Below are positions 18,625 through 28,038 of a DNA stretch of 64,000 nt, piece after piece. A program made the position numbers and the translations under genes. Origin of the DNA: Acidobacteriota bacterium (GTDB lineage: Bacteria > Acidobacteriota > UBA890 > WLXD01); assembly GCA_965205505.1 (NCBI GenBank), contig CBDBHB010000009.1, forward strand, positions 3,040,001 through 3,104,000. Direction: 5' to 3'. The notes under the pieces were generated by a model that saw only the letters and a list, made by a program, of their open reading frames with translations, searched no databases and had not been told where the DNA came from. Each line of letters starts with the position of its first letter. Position 1 is the first letter of the stretch.

Positions 18625-19473
18625 TCATGGAGTAACGGTGACTCGTACGAACGAATTCGTCCAGCAGCACTGCGCATGCCCCGCGGCAAAGGTCCCCGAG
18701 ACGTCGTTGGCGAGCACTCGTAGGACGTACTTTCCCGGTGCGCTGAATGTCGCGGTTGTGGTCGCTTTTCCGCCATCTGCGCGATCGACCGAGAGGGTGG
18801 CATCGGCAAACGAGACGTCCCCCTTGCCCTGGTGCTTGTGCCAGGTAAGGTCGAGCGTGTCGCCGGTGGACCTCCGGTGCCAATACGACTCGCTTCTGGC
18901 ATCGTCGATCGCCCAGACCGTGAGCGTCAGTGGATCGCCGACGGCAACGGTCCTGGGCGGACCGTAGATTCCTCCCGGCCCGCTACCTCCCGGGCCATCA
19001 GGGGCGAACTTGATCACGGGCGGCGTGTTCTGCACGCCCGCCTCACCCTCCAGGGCGTCGATGTAGTAGCCGCGGTCCAGGTGCCCCGGTACCGAGTACG
19101 TCTTGCCGCGAATGACGATCGTCCAGAAGAGCTTCCGGTCGCCGAAATCGGCCGGCACTTTGACGCCGAACACGCCCCAGTGACGACGTGGCCCAAAGCG
19201 GGTCGGCTGGCCCCGGTCGGGGTCGCCGGCCTCGAAGCGATTGTTCGGACCTAGCGGAATCTCGACGACCTCTTCCGAGTTGCGGTTGAAGTAGCCGAAC
19301 GAGAGCGTCCGTGTGCCATCCGAGTTTATGTACCAGCCCTCGAAGACCGGGGTTACCCCCTCCCCTGACCTGGCCACGGGCCCGAGCGGTAGCTGGCCAG
19401 CAAAGAGTGCCGTACTAGCTGTAGCGACGGCGGCAGCCGTCAGCAGTCCTAGTGCCACGCGACCTCTGGACAT
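18625..19473 (-). CDS. Conserved secreted hypothetical protein with Ig/PKD-like C-terminus
   Basis: AGGAG RBS before ATG 19473, signal peptide, PVFEGW..N.DG...SFGYFNRN, GQPT.F, TATFSAPGKYVLR and QCCWTN. Lies 11 bp upstream of the monooxygenase. Confidence 0.75.
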   Translation of the reverse strand: MSRGRVALGLLTAAAVATASTALFAGQLPLGPVARSGEGVTPVFEGWYINSDGTRTLSFGYFNRNSEEVVEIPLGPNNRFEAGDPDRGQPTRFGPRRHWGVFGVKVPADFGDRKLFWTIVIRGKTYSVPGHLDRGYYIDALEGEAGVQNTPPVIKFAPDGPGGSGPGGIYGPPRTVAVGDPLTLTVWAIDDARSESYWHRRSTGDTLDLTWHKHQGKGDVSFADATLSVDRADGGKATTTATFSAPGKYVLRVLANDVSGTFAAGHAQCCWTNSFVRVTVTP

Positions 19474-19594
19474 CGGCTCTCCTGAGGAGGATCCGCACAT
19501 GGGCGCTCGAGGCAAACCTGTGTGCGCCCGCAGGTGGAGAGATCGTACACGTACCATCGGCCAGCACGGTCAGTCAACGAAGGGTGCACCGCGA

Positions 19595-20959
19595 ATGAGC
19601 GCGGATACAATGGCCGCCGCACCACCAGGCGCCAAGCAACTGCCCCGTGATCGAAGAACCAGCGGTAGAGATTTGAAAATACGAAGTAATCGGTACGTGA
19701 TCCTCGCCTGCCTGACAGTGGCCGGAGAGATGGTGTTCTCTCTGCCATTCCACGTGGGCAGGTTCTTCCGCGCTACGACCCTTGACGTGTTCGGTTTCTC
19801 GAACACGCAATTCGGTGACGCCTTCGCGGTCTACGGCGTCACGGCGATGCTCTCCTATTTCTTCGGCGGCCCGCTCGCCGATCGCTTCTCCGCGCGCAAG
19901 CTGATCGCCACGTCTCTGTTCGCCACTGGCTTGGGTGGCTTCTACATGGCGAGCATCCCGGGCTTCGCCGGCACCACGCTCTTGTTCGGGTACTGGGGGG
20001 CCACCACCATCCTCTTCCTGTGGGCCGCGATGATCCGCGCTACCCGCGAGTGGGGCGGCGTGGCGGCCCAGGGGCGCGCGTTCGGATTGCTGGATGGCGG
20101 TCGTGGTCTGGCAGCTGCGGCCATGGCCAGCGTCGCCGTCGTGCTCTTCGGGCTGTTTCTACCCGGCGAGACGACTGAGATAACGGCGACCGAGCGGCTC
20201 GCTGCGCTCCGCGCGGTCATCTATTTCTACACCGCAATGACCATCGCCGCGGGGGCCCTCGTATTGCTCGTCATACCCGAGTCGAAGCGCAACCACCTCT
20301 CGTCCCCGCGCAACCCGCTTCCGGCGCTGCGGGCGGTCGTGGGTACGGCGTGCGTCTGGGCTCAGGCGCTTATCGTCGTGTGCTCCTACTGTGCCTACAA
20401 AGGTCTAGACAACTACTCGCTCTACGCCGTCGAGGTGATGGGAATGAGCGAGTTCCAGGCGGCGCAGTTCACCGCCAGCGCGACGTACCTCCGCCTGTTC
20501 GGGGCGATCGGCGCCGGGTTACTCGCCGACCGCTTCACCGCCCGGCGAACCCTTGCCGGACTCTTCATGATCCTGACAGTGAGCTACGTCGCCCTGGCGA
20601 TGTCGAGCCCGGCGGCGGGACTGGTCGGTGTCATCTACGCCAACCTCCTCGTAACCTTCGCCGCTACCTACGGTCTTCGGGGCATTTATTTCGCCCTGCT
20701 GGAGGAGACCAAGGTGCCGAGCACTCGCACGGGGACCGCGGTTGGCGTGATCTCCGTCGTCGGCTTCACGCCAGAGATATTCTTCGCGTCGATCGCCGGG
20801 CGGATTCTCGACTATTCACCGGGCGTCGCCGGCCACCAGAACTTCTTCGCATTCCTTGCGATGATCGTGGTGATCGGGGTCGGCGCCTACTTCGTGCTGG
20901 CGCGTCTCTTGAGATCCGAAGATTCGCGAGCTACATCATTGGCACGAGAGCGTACTTGA
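19595..20959 (+). CDS. MFS transporter
   Basis: About 12 hydrophobic segments; MFS motif GPLADRFSARK repeated as GLLADRFTARR. Start approximate. Confidence 0.85.
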   Translation: MSADTMAAAPPGAKQLPRDRRTSGRDLKIRSNRYVILACLTVAGEMVFSLPFHVGRFFRATTLDVFGFSNTQFGDAFAVYGVTAMLSYFFGGPLADRFSARKLIATSLFATGLGGFYMASIPGFAGTTLLFGYWGATTILFLWAAMIRATREWGGVAAQGRAFGLLDGGRGLAAAAMASVAVVLFGLFLPGETTEITATERLAALRAVIYFYTAMTIAAGALVLLVIPESKRNHLSSPRNPLPALRAVVGTACVWAQALIVVCSYCAYKGLDNYSLYAVEVMGMSEFQAAQFTASATYLRLFGAIGAGLLADRFTARRTLAGLFMILTVSYVALAMSSPAAGLVGVIYANLLVTFAATYGLRGIYFALLEETKVPSTRTGTAVGVISVVGFTPEIFFASIAGRILDYSPGVAGHQNFFAFLAMIVVIGVGAYFVLARLLRSEDSRATSLARERT

Positions 20960-20968
20960 GATCGTGAC

Positions 20969-23341
20969 TCAGGCCATCGAGTCCAACACCGCGTCAAGCG
21001 TCGCCACTAGCCGCTCCGCATGACTCGATGCGAAGACGATCGGGGGGCGGATTTTCAACACGTTGCCGTACGGGCCCTCACGTCCCACCAGCACGCCGCG
21101 CTGCCGCAGCTGGTTCACTGCCCGGTGCGCTTCCACCGGCGCCGGCTCTCGTGTGCTTCGGTCGAGCACCAGCTCGACGCCGATGAACAGGCCCGCTCCG
21201 CGCACGTCTCCGATCACCGTGTGACGATGTGACAGCTCTTCCAAGGCCGTACGCAACTCGGCGCCGACACGTTGAGCGTTCTTCTGCAGCTCCTCGACTT
21301 CGATGACCTCGAGGACCGCCGTCGCCGCGGCGCACGACACGGGGTTGCCACCGGTGGTGCTGAAGAACCCGCTGGTCGCCTGGAACTCCTCCGCCAGCTC
21401 TCGGCGGGTCACCACCGCGCCTACGGGGTGACCGTTGCCGATCGGCTTGCCGAACGTGACGATGTCCGGCACGACACCGTCGACCTCGAATCCCCACATG
21501 TGCGCTCCGGTGCGTCCGAAACCGGCCTGAACTTCGTCAGCAACACACAGTCCCCCAGCAGCTCGCACGCGCTCGAAGACACCCGACAGAAACCCGGCCG
21601 GGATGTTGAAGATCCCGTCGCTACTGAGCACCGTGTCGATGAGGAACATCGCTGGCTCGTGACCCTTGTCACGCAGCTTCGCGATGGCCGTGTCGGCGCC
21701 GGCAGCAAACTTCGCTCCGCGATCCTGGTCGTCTCTACGCCATCGACCGCGGTAATCGTCCGGCGGCTCGATGGTCTCCACATAGGCGGCGAGATCATCG
21801 TCGCGGTCTGAGGGCGACAGATCGTGAGTTATCTGGGTCACACCGTGATAGGCGTTGCGCGTCACCAAGGCTCCGCTGTACCCCGTGCAGGTGGCGGCGA
21901 TGCGCCACGCCAGGTCGTTGGCCTCGCTCCCGGACGACACCAGCATGCATACCTCGAGCTCATCGGGCAGGGTGCCCACAAGCCGATCGCCGAACTCGAC
22001 AATGTGCTCGTAGAGGTACCGTGTGTTGGTGTTTAACGTCGCAGCCTGGCGCGCGATCGCACGCACCACGCTCGGATGACAGTGCCCCACCTGCGGGACG
22101 TTGTTGTAGCAATCCAGGTAGGCGGTCTCGTCAGCGTCGTACAGCCACACTCCCTCACCGCGCACCGTGTGGACCGGTGTCTCGTACGAGAGCTCGTAGC
22201 CGCTGCCCAGGCGCGCCACCCGCCGCCGCTGTAGAGTCGTCGTAGCCGTCTCTGCGGGAACGGTAACTGCCGATGGAGATAGCCCGCAGGCACTTCGATA
22301 CAGATGCGCTACTTCTTCATGGCCAGCCGCCTGCATGGCCTCGAGCGAGTTGGCGAGATCTTCCTCGGAGTTGTCGAAGTGATCGCGCTCATCCGGGAAC
22401 GGCTTCCACGACTCGATCGCGAAATACATCGCCAACCGGGTGGCTGCGAGTACCGGTAGCAGCTCGATCTCGAGGGGCTCCAACGGCGTTACCGAGTGAA
22501 ACCCAGCAACGATCCGCGCACCCAGCACCAGCTCGCCCTTGCGTCCGGACGGAATCTCTGCTGCTGCGACAGCGAGATCCTGGACCAGCGGGGCGTGGAT
22601 CACGTCGCCGAAGTCGTACACGCCAGCGACGTTCCATGGACGATCGGCGTCAACCAGTGCGTTGTGGAACGAGACGTCGTTGTGGATGACTTGGGCGCGC
22701 AAGCGCTGCAGCTGAGGCGCCACCGTGCGATCGAATGCCGCGAACGCGGATTCTGCCAATGCTCGATGTCGGTCGTCGGCAATTCCGCTCGCTAGCTCGA
22801 CGATCCGCCCTGCCCGCTTGATATCCCAAGCCAACGGATGGTCTGCGGCCCGATGAAACAGCCCGCGCAGGCCGACGCCGATCTTGGCGGTGACGGCGCC
22901 CAGCGCGTGCATCATGCGCGGATCGTCGGGCGCGTCCCCGACGAGCCTGCCCGGCAGGTAGCTAAGCAACCTGGCGCGGTGTGGGCGTTCCTGGTCGTCG
23001 AGCACTTCAACCCAGGCGGCGCTCGTGTTGCTCTCGAACACACGCGGTACGGGAAGCGCCGGGGCCATCGACGCCAGGCGTCGAAGAACCGTGCACTGAA
23101 GGTCGATCAGCTCGGCAGAATCGGCCCGGTTGCCAATCTTGAGGACGCGTCTGCCATCGGCGCCGCTGAGCAAGAAGTTCTGGTCGCGCTCCCCACCGAG
23201 CGCTGCGGCTTCTCCCACGAACCCGAAGTCCTCAGCCGCAATTGCAGCTGCATCGGTCGAATTGAACTCCGGCGGCGCCACCGACAAACAGCGCAGAAGC
23301 TCATCGAGGCCCGGTTCTGGGGTCGATTCGGGAAAGAGCAT
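20969..23341 (-). CDS. Bifunctional aminoalcohol/hydroxylysine kinase (APH fold) fused to class III PLP aminotransferase/phospho-lyase
   Basis: N-half: GGERDQNF, VLKI, HNDVSFHN, DFGD. C-half: YLDCYNNV..VGHCHP, SGSEANDLA, AYHG, DEVQAGFGRTG, GKPIGNG. Confidence 0.85.
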   Translation of the reverse strand: MLFPESTPEPGLDELLRCLSVAPPEFNSTDAAAIAAEDFGFVGEAAALGGERDQNFLLSGADGRRVLKIGNRADSAELIDLQCTVLRRLASMAPALPVPRVFESNTSAAWVEVLDDQERPHRARLLSYLPGRLVGDAPDDPRMMHALGAVTAKIGVGLRGLFHRAADHPLAWDIKRAGRIVELASGIADDRHRALAESAFAAFDRTVAPQLQRLRAQVIHNDVSFHNALVDADRPWNVAGVYDFGDVIHAPLVQDLAVAAAEIPSGRKGELVLGARIVAGFHSVTPLEPLEIELLPVLAATRLAMYFAIESWKPFPDERDHFDNSEEDLANSLEAMQAAGHEEVAHLYRSACGLSPSAVTVPAETATTTLQRRRVARLGSGYELSYETPVHTVRGEGVWLYDADETAYLDCYNNVPQVGHCHPSVVRAIARQAATLNTNTRYLYEHIVEFGDRLVGTLPDELEVCMLVSSGSEANDLAWRIAATCTGYSGALVTRNAYHGVTQITHDLSPSDRDDDLAAYVETIEPPDDYRGRWRRDDQDRGAKFAAGADTAIAKLRDKGHEPAMFLIDTVLSSDGIFNIPAGFLSGVFERVRAAGGLCVADEVQAGFGRTGAHMWGFEVDGVVPDIVTFGKPIGNGHPVGAVVTRRELAEEFQATSGFFSTTGGNPVSCAAATAVLEVIEVEELQKNAQRVGAELRTALEELSHRHTVIGDVRGAGLFIGVELVLDRSTREPAPVEAHRAVNQLRQRGVLVGREGPYGNVLKIRPPIVFASSHAERLVATLDAVLDSMA

Positions 23342-23378
23342 CCAGTGTACCGAGACGCCCGTGCGGGGCGTCGCCTAG

Positions 23379-23443
23379 CAATGCGTGGTGAAGGTGTGTG
23401 GGGTCTGGTTCCGGCGACTCGGGGTCTGATGATAGGCAGCCCG
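23379..23443. mobile_element. MITE copy 3 (internally deleted relic)
   Basis: 23379-23431 aligns without gaps to the reverse complement of the right end of copy 2. Perfect CTAG direct repeats at 23375-23378 and 23444-23447; the second contains the BHMT-like stop codon. Confidence 0.65.
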
Positions 23444-24499
23444 CTAGCTCCTCAGGCCATCCACGTAGCCGAGGTTGGCCTCGCTGACCGTCTCGGCATC
23501 GCCGAGAGAATAGTGCTTCGACATGTCCGGTGAGTACCGGCTGGCGGGCGGTTGGCGTCCGAGTGCTTCGGCCATGGCACGGACGTGATGGGGCGCGCCC
23601 CCACAGCAGATCCCCAGGTAGCGAATGTCGAGGTCACGTGCCTGGCTGGCAAACTCCGCCATCTCGTAACGGTTGCACATGAACGGATCGAGCGCCACCG
23701 GAAATGGCCGGCTTTCCGGGATGCAATCGCATGCCGGATCGGTTAGTGCCTGGAACGACTCACAGTCGGGGGTCGTCCGATAGGGTACCGGGAGCAACGC
23801 CACATGGCACGAAACCGCAGCGCGGATGCGCTCCCCTACTGGCAGCATGGTTGCTGGACCGCGCGTGCAGTTGAGACCCACGACGTCCGCTCCCGCTTGT
23901 TCGAGCCGTTGCGCCGCCTCCTCGACGGTTACGTCGTCGCGCAGTCGCGGATCCTCGTGTAGTGCCAAAGTGATTAAAGCAGGCACGCCGGCCGCCTTGA
24001 TGGCGCTGGCCGCCAGCTCGGCCTCGCCGCAGTACGGGAACGTCTCGCCGATGATGAAATCCACGCCCGCCTCGACAGCCCATTCGATCTGCTCGTCGAA
24101 CATGGCCCGCACCTCGGATTCCGAGCCCGCGTCGACCCACAGGTTCGTGTTGCAGATGTTGCCGGCGACGAGCGGTGGGTTGGCAGGGAACTCCGATGCC
24201 ACCTCGAACGCCAGCGCCAGCGCCTGACTCTGCATGGGCTCCAGCAGGCCCTCCTTGCCGATGCTGCGCAGCTTCTCACGATGCGCATAGTAGGTCAGCG
24301 CCTCGATCACGTCGGAGCCAGCGCGCACGAACTCGCGATGCAACTGCTTCACCGAATCCGGAAATTCCAGAACCACCTCCGGCACGAAGGCGCCCGCCTG
24401 CAGATATCCGCGACGCTCGAGCTCGAACAGGTAGCCCTCGGCGCAGATTACGACCCCGGCATCGAGCTGCTCGACTAGCCCTTTCTTCGCATTGCTCAT
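23444..24499 (-). CDS. Homocysteine S-methyltransferase family, betaine-homocysteine methyltransferase-like
   Basis: EGYLFELERRGY..AGAFVPE, LHREFVRAGSDV, Zn ligands GLNC and ICCG, PFPVALD and HHVRAMAEAL. Confidence 0.85.
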   Translation of the reverse strand: MSNAKKGLVEQLDAGVVICAEGYLFELERRGYLQAGAFVPEVVLEFPDSVKQLHREFVRAGSDVIEALTYYAHREKLRSIGKEGLLEPMQSQALALAFEVASEFPANPPLVAGNICNTNLWVDAGSESEVRAMFDEQIEWAVEAGVDFIIGETFPYCGEAELAASAIKAAGVPALITLALHEDPRLRDDVTVEEAAQRLEQAGADVVGLNCTRGPATMLPVGERIRAAVSCHVALLPVPYRTTPDCESFQALTDPACDCIPESRPFPVALDPFMCNRYEMAEFASQARDLDIRYLGICCGGAPHHVRAMAEALGRQPPASRYSPDMSKHYSLGDAETVSEANLGYVDGLRS

Positions 24500-24701
24500 G
24501 TCACGCTCTTCCGGTTCCGACCTGCGCCACGCATACCCGTGTCGTGGAGTTGAGAGCGGCTGCACAGAGGGTACATGCAGTTGCGAAGTAGGCCGGCTCA
24601 CGGATCTTGGTCGACCCTCTTACCGACTTGGCGAGGCTGCCAGAAACCCGGCCAACATCGAAAAGGGCGGTGGGCTAGAATGCCCCGCTTGGGAGGAGTC
24701 C

Positions 24702-26000
24702 ATGTCGCTGCTGGCCGGCCGTATCGCAACCCTGGGAACCGAGAACGCCTTCAGGCTGGGTGCCGATATCCAGCGCTGTGTCGAGCGGGGAATGGAGGTC
24801 ATCAAGTTCAATCTGGGCGAACCTGACTTCGACAGCGCCGCGCACATCAACCGCGAGGCGATCGCGCAGATCGAGGCGGGGAACTCGCACTACTGCGACC
24901 CGGCCGGATTACTGGGCTTGCGCGAGACCATCGCACGGCACGTCTCGGCGACGCGCGAGATCGAGGTCGATCCCGGTCGGGTGGTGGTGACCACCGGCGG
25001 CAAGCCACCGATCGGCTACACCTTTCAGACCTATGTCGACCCTGGCGACGAGATCATCTACCCGAGTCCCGGGTTTCCGATCTACGAGTCGTGGGTCACG
25101 TTTGTCGGTGCCGTTCCGGTACCGCTGCAACTCTCCGAGGACTCCGGCTTCGGCTTTACCGCCGATGAGTTGGCGGCGCTGATCACCGAGCGCACCAAGC
25201 TGATCATCCTCTGCTCGCCGTCGAACCCGACCGGCGGCGTGGTCGCCGGGAAAGACCTTGGCGAGATCGCGGCGGTGATTCGTGAGCGCTGTCGCCCCGA
25301 GGTCAGAATCTACTCCGACGAGATCTACGAGCACATTCTGTTCGATGGCGAGACCCACCACAGCATCGTCTCCCATTCCCAGATGCCAGAGCGGACCGTC
25401 CTGGTGAGCGGCCACTCGAAAGGCTTCGCGATGACCGGATGGCGACTCGGCTTCGCCGTGCTGCCGACCCTCGAGGAGGCGGCGATCTTCAAACAGCTCA
25501 ACATCAACATTGTTTCCTGCGTGCCGGCGTTCATCCAGGAGGCCGGCCGCGAGGCCTTCGAAAACCCCGCATCCGAGCGCACGGTGAGCGAGATGGTGAG
25601 CGCCTTCGAAAGGCGCCGTGACTGGGTTGTCCCGGCGCTAAACGGCATCAGCGGCTTTCGATGCCAGAATCCGAAGGGCGCCTTCTATGTGTTCCCGAAC
25701 GTCGCCGGAGCCTGTGAGCGTCTGGGCGTCCTCGAGGCCTATGCGGGCATGGCGCCCGAGGTTCGTGCGCGGACCAGCCCATCGGGGATGTTGCAGATGT
25801 TCTTGCTCTACCGCCACGGCGTGGCGACGATGGATCGTCCGTCCTTCGGCCACGTAGGCGCTGAGGGTCAACATTTCTTGCGGCTCTCGATCGCCGCCGG
25901 GATGGAGGAGATCAAGCGTGGCGTGGCTTGGATCGCCGCCGCGGTCGAGGATCGGGAGGGCTTCGGGGAGTTTCTCGAGGCAGAGCACCTATGGGACTGA
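24702..26000 (+). CDS. Class I/II PLP aminotransferase (aspartate aminotransferase-like)
   Basis: GGAGGAG RBS, LGEPDF, SPSNPTG, SDEIY, SKGFAMTGWRLG and GAFY. Confidence 0.9.
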   Translation: MSLLAGRIATLGTENAFRLGADIQRCVERGMEVIKFNLGEPDFDSAAHINREAIAQIEAGNSHYCDPAGLLGLRETIARHVSATREIEVDPGRVVVTTGGKPPIGYTFQTYVDPGDEIIYPSPGFPIYESWVTFVGAVPVPLQLSEDSGFGFTADELAALITERTKLIILCSPSNPTGGVVAGKDLGEIAAVIRERCRPEVRIYSDEIYEHILFDGETHHSIVSHSQMPERTVLVSGHSKGFAMTGWRLGFAVLPTLEEAAIFKQLNINIVSCVPAFIQEAGREAFENPASERTVSEMVSAFERRRDWVVPALNGISGFRCQNPKGAFYVFPNVAGACERLGVLEAYAGMAPEVRARTSPSGMLQMFLLYRHGVATMDRPSFGHVGAEGQHFLRLSIAAGMEEIKRGVAWIAAAVEDREGFGEFLEAEHLWD

Positions 26001-26034
26001 GTCACGCGCTACAGCGCCCAAGCAGTGGCGCCGC

Positions 26035-27069
26035 ATGAGCGCTCCCAGGATCTTCGTCACCCGCAAGATGCCCGCGTCGGGAATGGAGGTCCTCGCCGAC
26101 TCGGAAGCCACGATCACGGTCTGCCAGGAGATCGAAGACGAGGGCGTGAGCCGGGTGGACCTGATCGAGGGGGTACGCAATTGCGACGTGCTCGTGTCGC
26201 TGCTGACCGAGATGGTGGACCGCGACCTGATGATGGCCAACGAGGGTCTGCTTGGCGTCGCCAACATGGCTGTGGGCTTCAACAACATCGACATCGCGGC
26301 CGCCACCGAGTTGGGAATCCCGGTATCCAACACCCCGGGCGTGCTGACCGATACCACCGCGGACCTCGCCTGGGCGCTGATCCTCGCGGTGGCACGGCGG
26401 GTTCCCGAGGCCCATAACTACATGGTCGAAGGGCGATACAAGATCTGGGGGCCGAACCTTTTCCTCGGTGGGGACATCGGTCCGGGCGCGAGCGGCGTGC
26501 GCAAGGTGCTGGGGCTGGTGGGGTACGGCCGGATCGGCGCGGCGGTGGCCAAGCGGGCGCTCGGATTCGACATGGACGTGCTGGCCTTCGATCCCTTTGC
26601 GCGGCAGGCGATCGACGAGTCGGAGTGGGCCAGCTGGGCCGACCTCGAGGAGCTGCTCGAGCGAAGCGATTTCGTCAGCTTGCACCCGCTGCTGACCGAC
26701 CAGACCCGCCACATGATCGGCGCGGCGGAACTGCGTCAGATGAAGTCGACCGCCTATCTGGTCAACACCTCGCGAGGCCCGGTGATTGACGAGGCGGCTC
26801 TGGTGTCGGCGCTTCGCGAGCAGTGGATCGCCGGCGCCGGCCTCGACGTCTACGAGAGCGAGCCGGCGATGGCGCCAGGCCTCAGCGAGCTCCCCAACGT
26901 GGTGCTGCTCCCGCACATCGCCAGTGCCTCGCGGGACACCCGCGGCAAGATGAGCACCATGGCGGCGACCAACGCCCTCGCCCATCTACGCCGCCAGCGG
27001 GCCGCCAACCCGGTCAACCCCGAAGTCTACGACACCTCGGCCTATCGCCGGCGCACGGACGGCGGCTGA
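26035..27069 (+). CDS. D-glycerate dehydrogenase / glyoxylate reductase (D-2-hydroxyacid dehydrogenase)
   Basis: AVGFNNID, NTPGVLTDTTAD, GYGRIG, NTSRGPVIDE, AGLDVYE and PHIASA. Confidence 0.9.
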   Translation: MSAPRIFVTRKMPASGMEVLADSEATITVCQEIEDEGVSRVDLIEGVRNCDVLVSLLTEMVDRDLMMANEGLLGVANMAVGFNNIDIAAATELGIPVSNTPGVLTDTTADLAWALILAVARRVPEAHNYMVEGRYKIWGPNLFLGGDIGPGASGVRKVLGLVGYGRIGAAVAKRALGFDMDVLAFDPFARQAIDESEWASWADLEELLERSDFVSLHPLLTDQTRHMIGAAELRQMKSTAYLVNTSRGPVIDEAALVSALREQWIAGAGLDVYESEPAMAPGLSELPNVVLLPHIASASRDTRGKMSTMAATNALAHLRRQRAANPVNPEVYDTSAYRRRTDGG

Positions 27070-27097
27070 TCTGAGCTTGTGGCAGAGTGCGGTTGAG

Positions 27098-28024
27098 ATG
27101 GAAACGCGCGTATTCGCACCTGCCACGATTTCCAACATAGGCCCGGGATTCGACGTGCTCGGTTTGGCACTCGATGCCCCCGGCGACACGATCACGGCTC
27201 GCCTGAACCCCCGCGGGCCGCGCGGCGTGAGCATTGTCGCGATCCGCGGCGACGGTGGATCTCTGCCTGTTGATACGCGCACGAACACCGCAGGAGTAGC
27301 GGCGATGGCTACTCTGAAACGTATTGAGCTGGACGGCAGCGTCGAGATCGAGATCGACAAAGGACTGCCTATCGGAACGGGAATCGGTAGCTCCGCGGCC
27401 AGCGCCGCCGCGGCCGCCTTCGCGGTCAACGTGTTGTTCGGATCTCCGCTCACCACCCGCGAGTTAGTGGGTCCGTGCATCGAGGCGGAGACCGCAGTCT
27501 CCGGCCGACACGGCGACAACGTTGCGCCCGCATTGATGGGCGGTCTTGTCCTTGTCCGGTCGATCGACCCGATCGACGTCGTGCGTGTCCCGGTGCCCGC
27601 TGGATTGTTCGTAGCTTGCACGACCCCCGCAGTCGAGCTTTCGACGCGCCGGGCACGCGAGGTGCTCCCACGTCAGGTATCGCTGCAGGACATGGTCGGC
27701 AATGGCGCCAACCTAGCGGCGCTGGTAAGCGCCTGCCACTCCGGCGATCTCGATCTGCTGGGCGCGTGCATCACCGACGATATCGTCGGTCCAACTCGCG
27801 CCGAGCTCATCCCCGGGAGCCGTGAGGCGATGCGGGCAGCCGATGAAGTGGGCGCGATCGGCAGCTCGATCAGCGGTGGAGGCCCCAGCATCATGGCACT
27901 CTGTGGATCGGAGGTAGAAGCGGAGCGCGCTGGCGCCGCGATGGCGGCTGCGTTCGAAGCCGCGGGGCTGGCGTCTTCTACTCACGTCTCCCCGGCGGAC
28001 TGCCCCGGCGCCCGGGTGATCTGA
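27098..28024 (+). CDS. thrB: Homoserine kinase
   Basis: APATISNIGPGFDVLG, GHMP motif PIGTGIGSSAA, HGDNVAP and ISGGGPS; adjacent to thrC. Confidence 0.9.
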   Translation: METRVFAPATISNIGPGFDVLGLALDAPGDTITARLNPRGPRGVSIVAIRGDGGSLPVDTRTNTAGVAAMATLKRIELDGSVEIEIDKGLPIGTGIGSSAASAAAAAFAVNVLFGSPLTTRELVGPCIEAETAVSGRHGDNVAPALMGGLVLVRSIDPIDVVRVPVPAGLFVACTTPAVELSTRRAREVLPRQVSLQDMVGNGANLAALVSACHSGDLDLLGACITDDIVGPTRAELIPGSREAMRAADEVGAIGSSISGGGPSIMALCGSEVEAERAGAAMAAAFEAAGLASSTHVSPADCPGARVI

Positions 28025-28038
28025 ACGAGGCATCTCGC

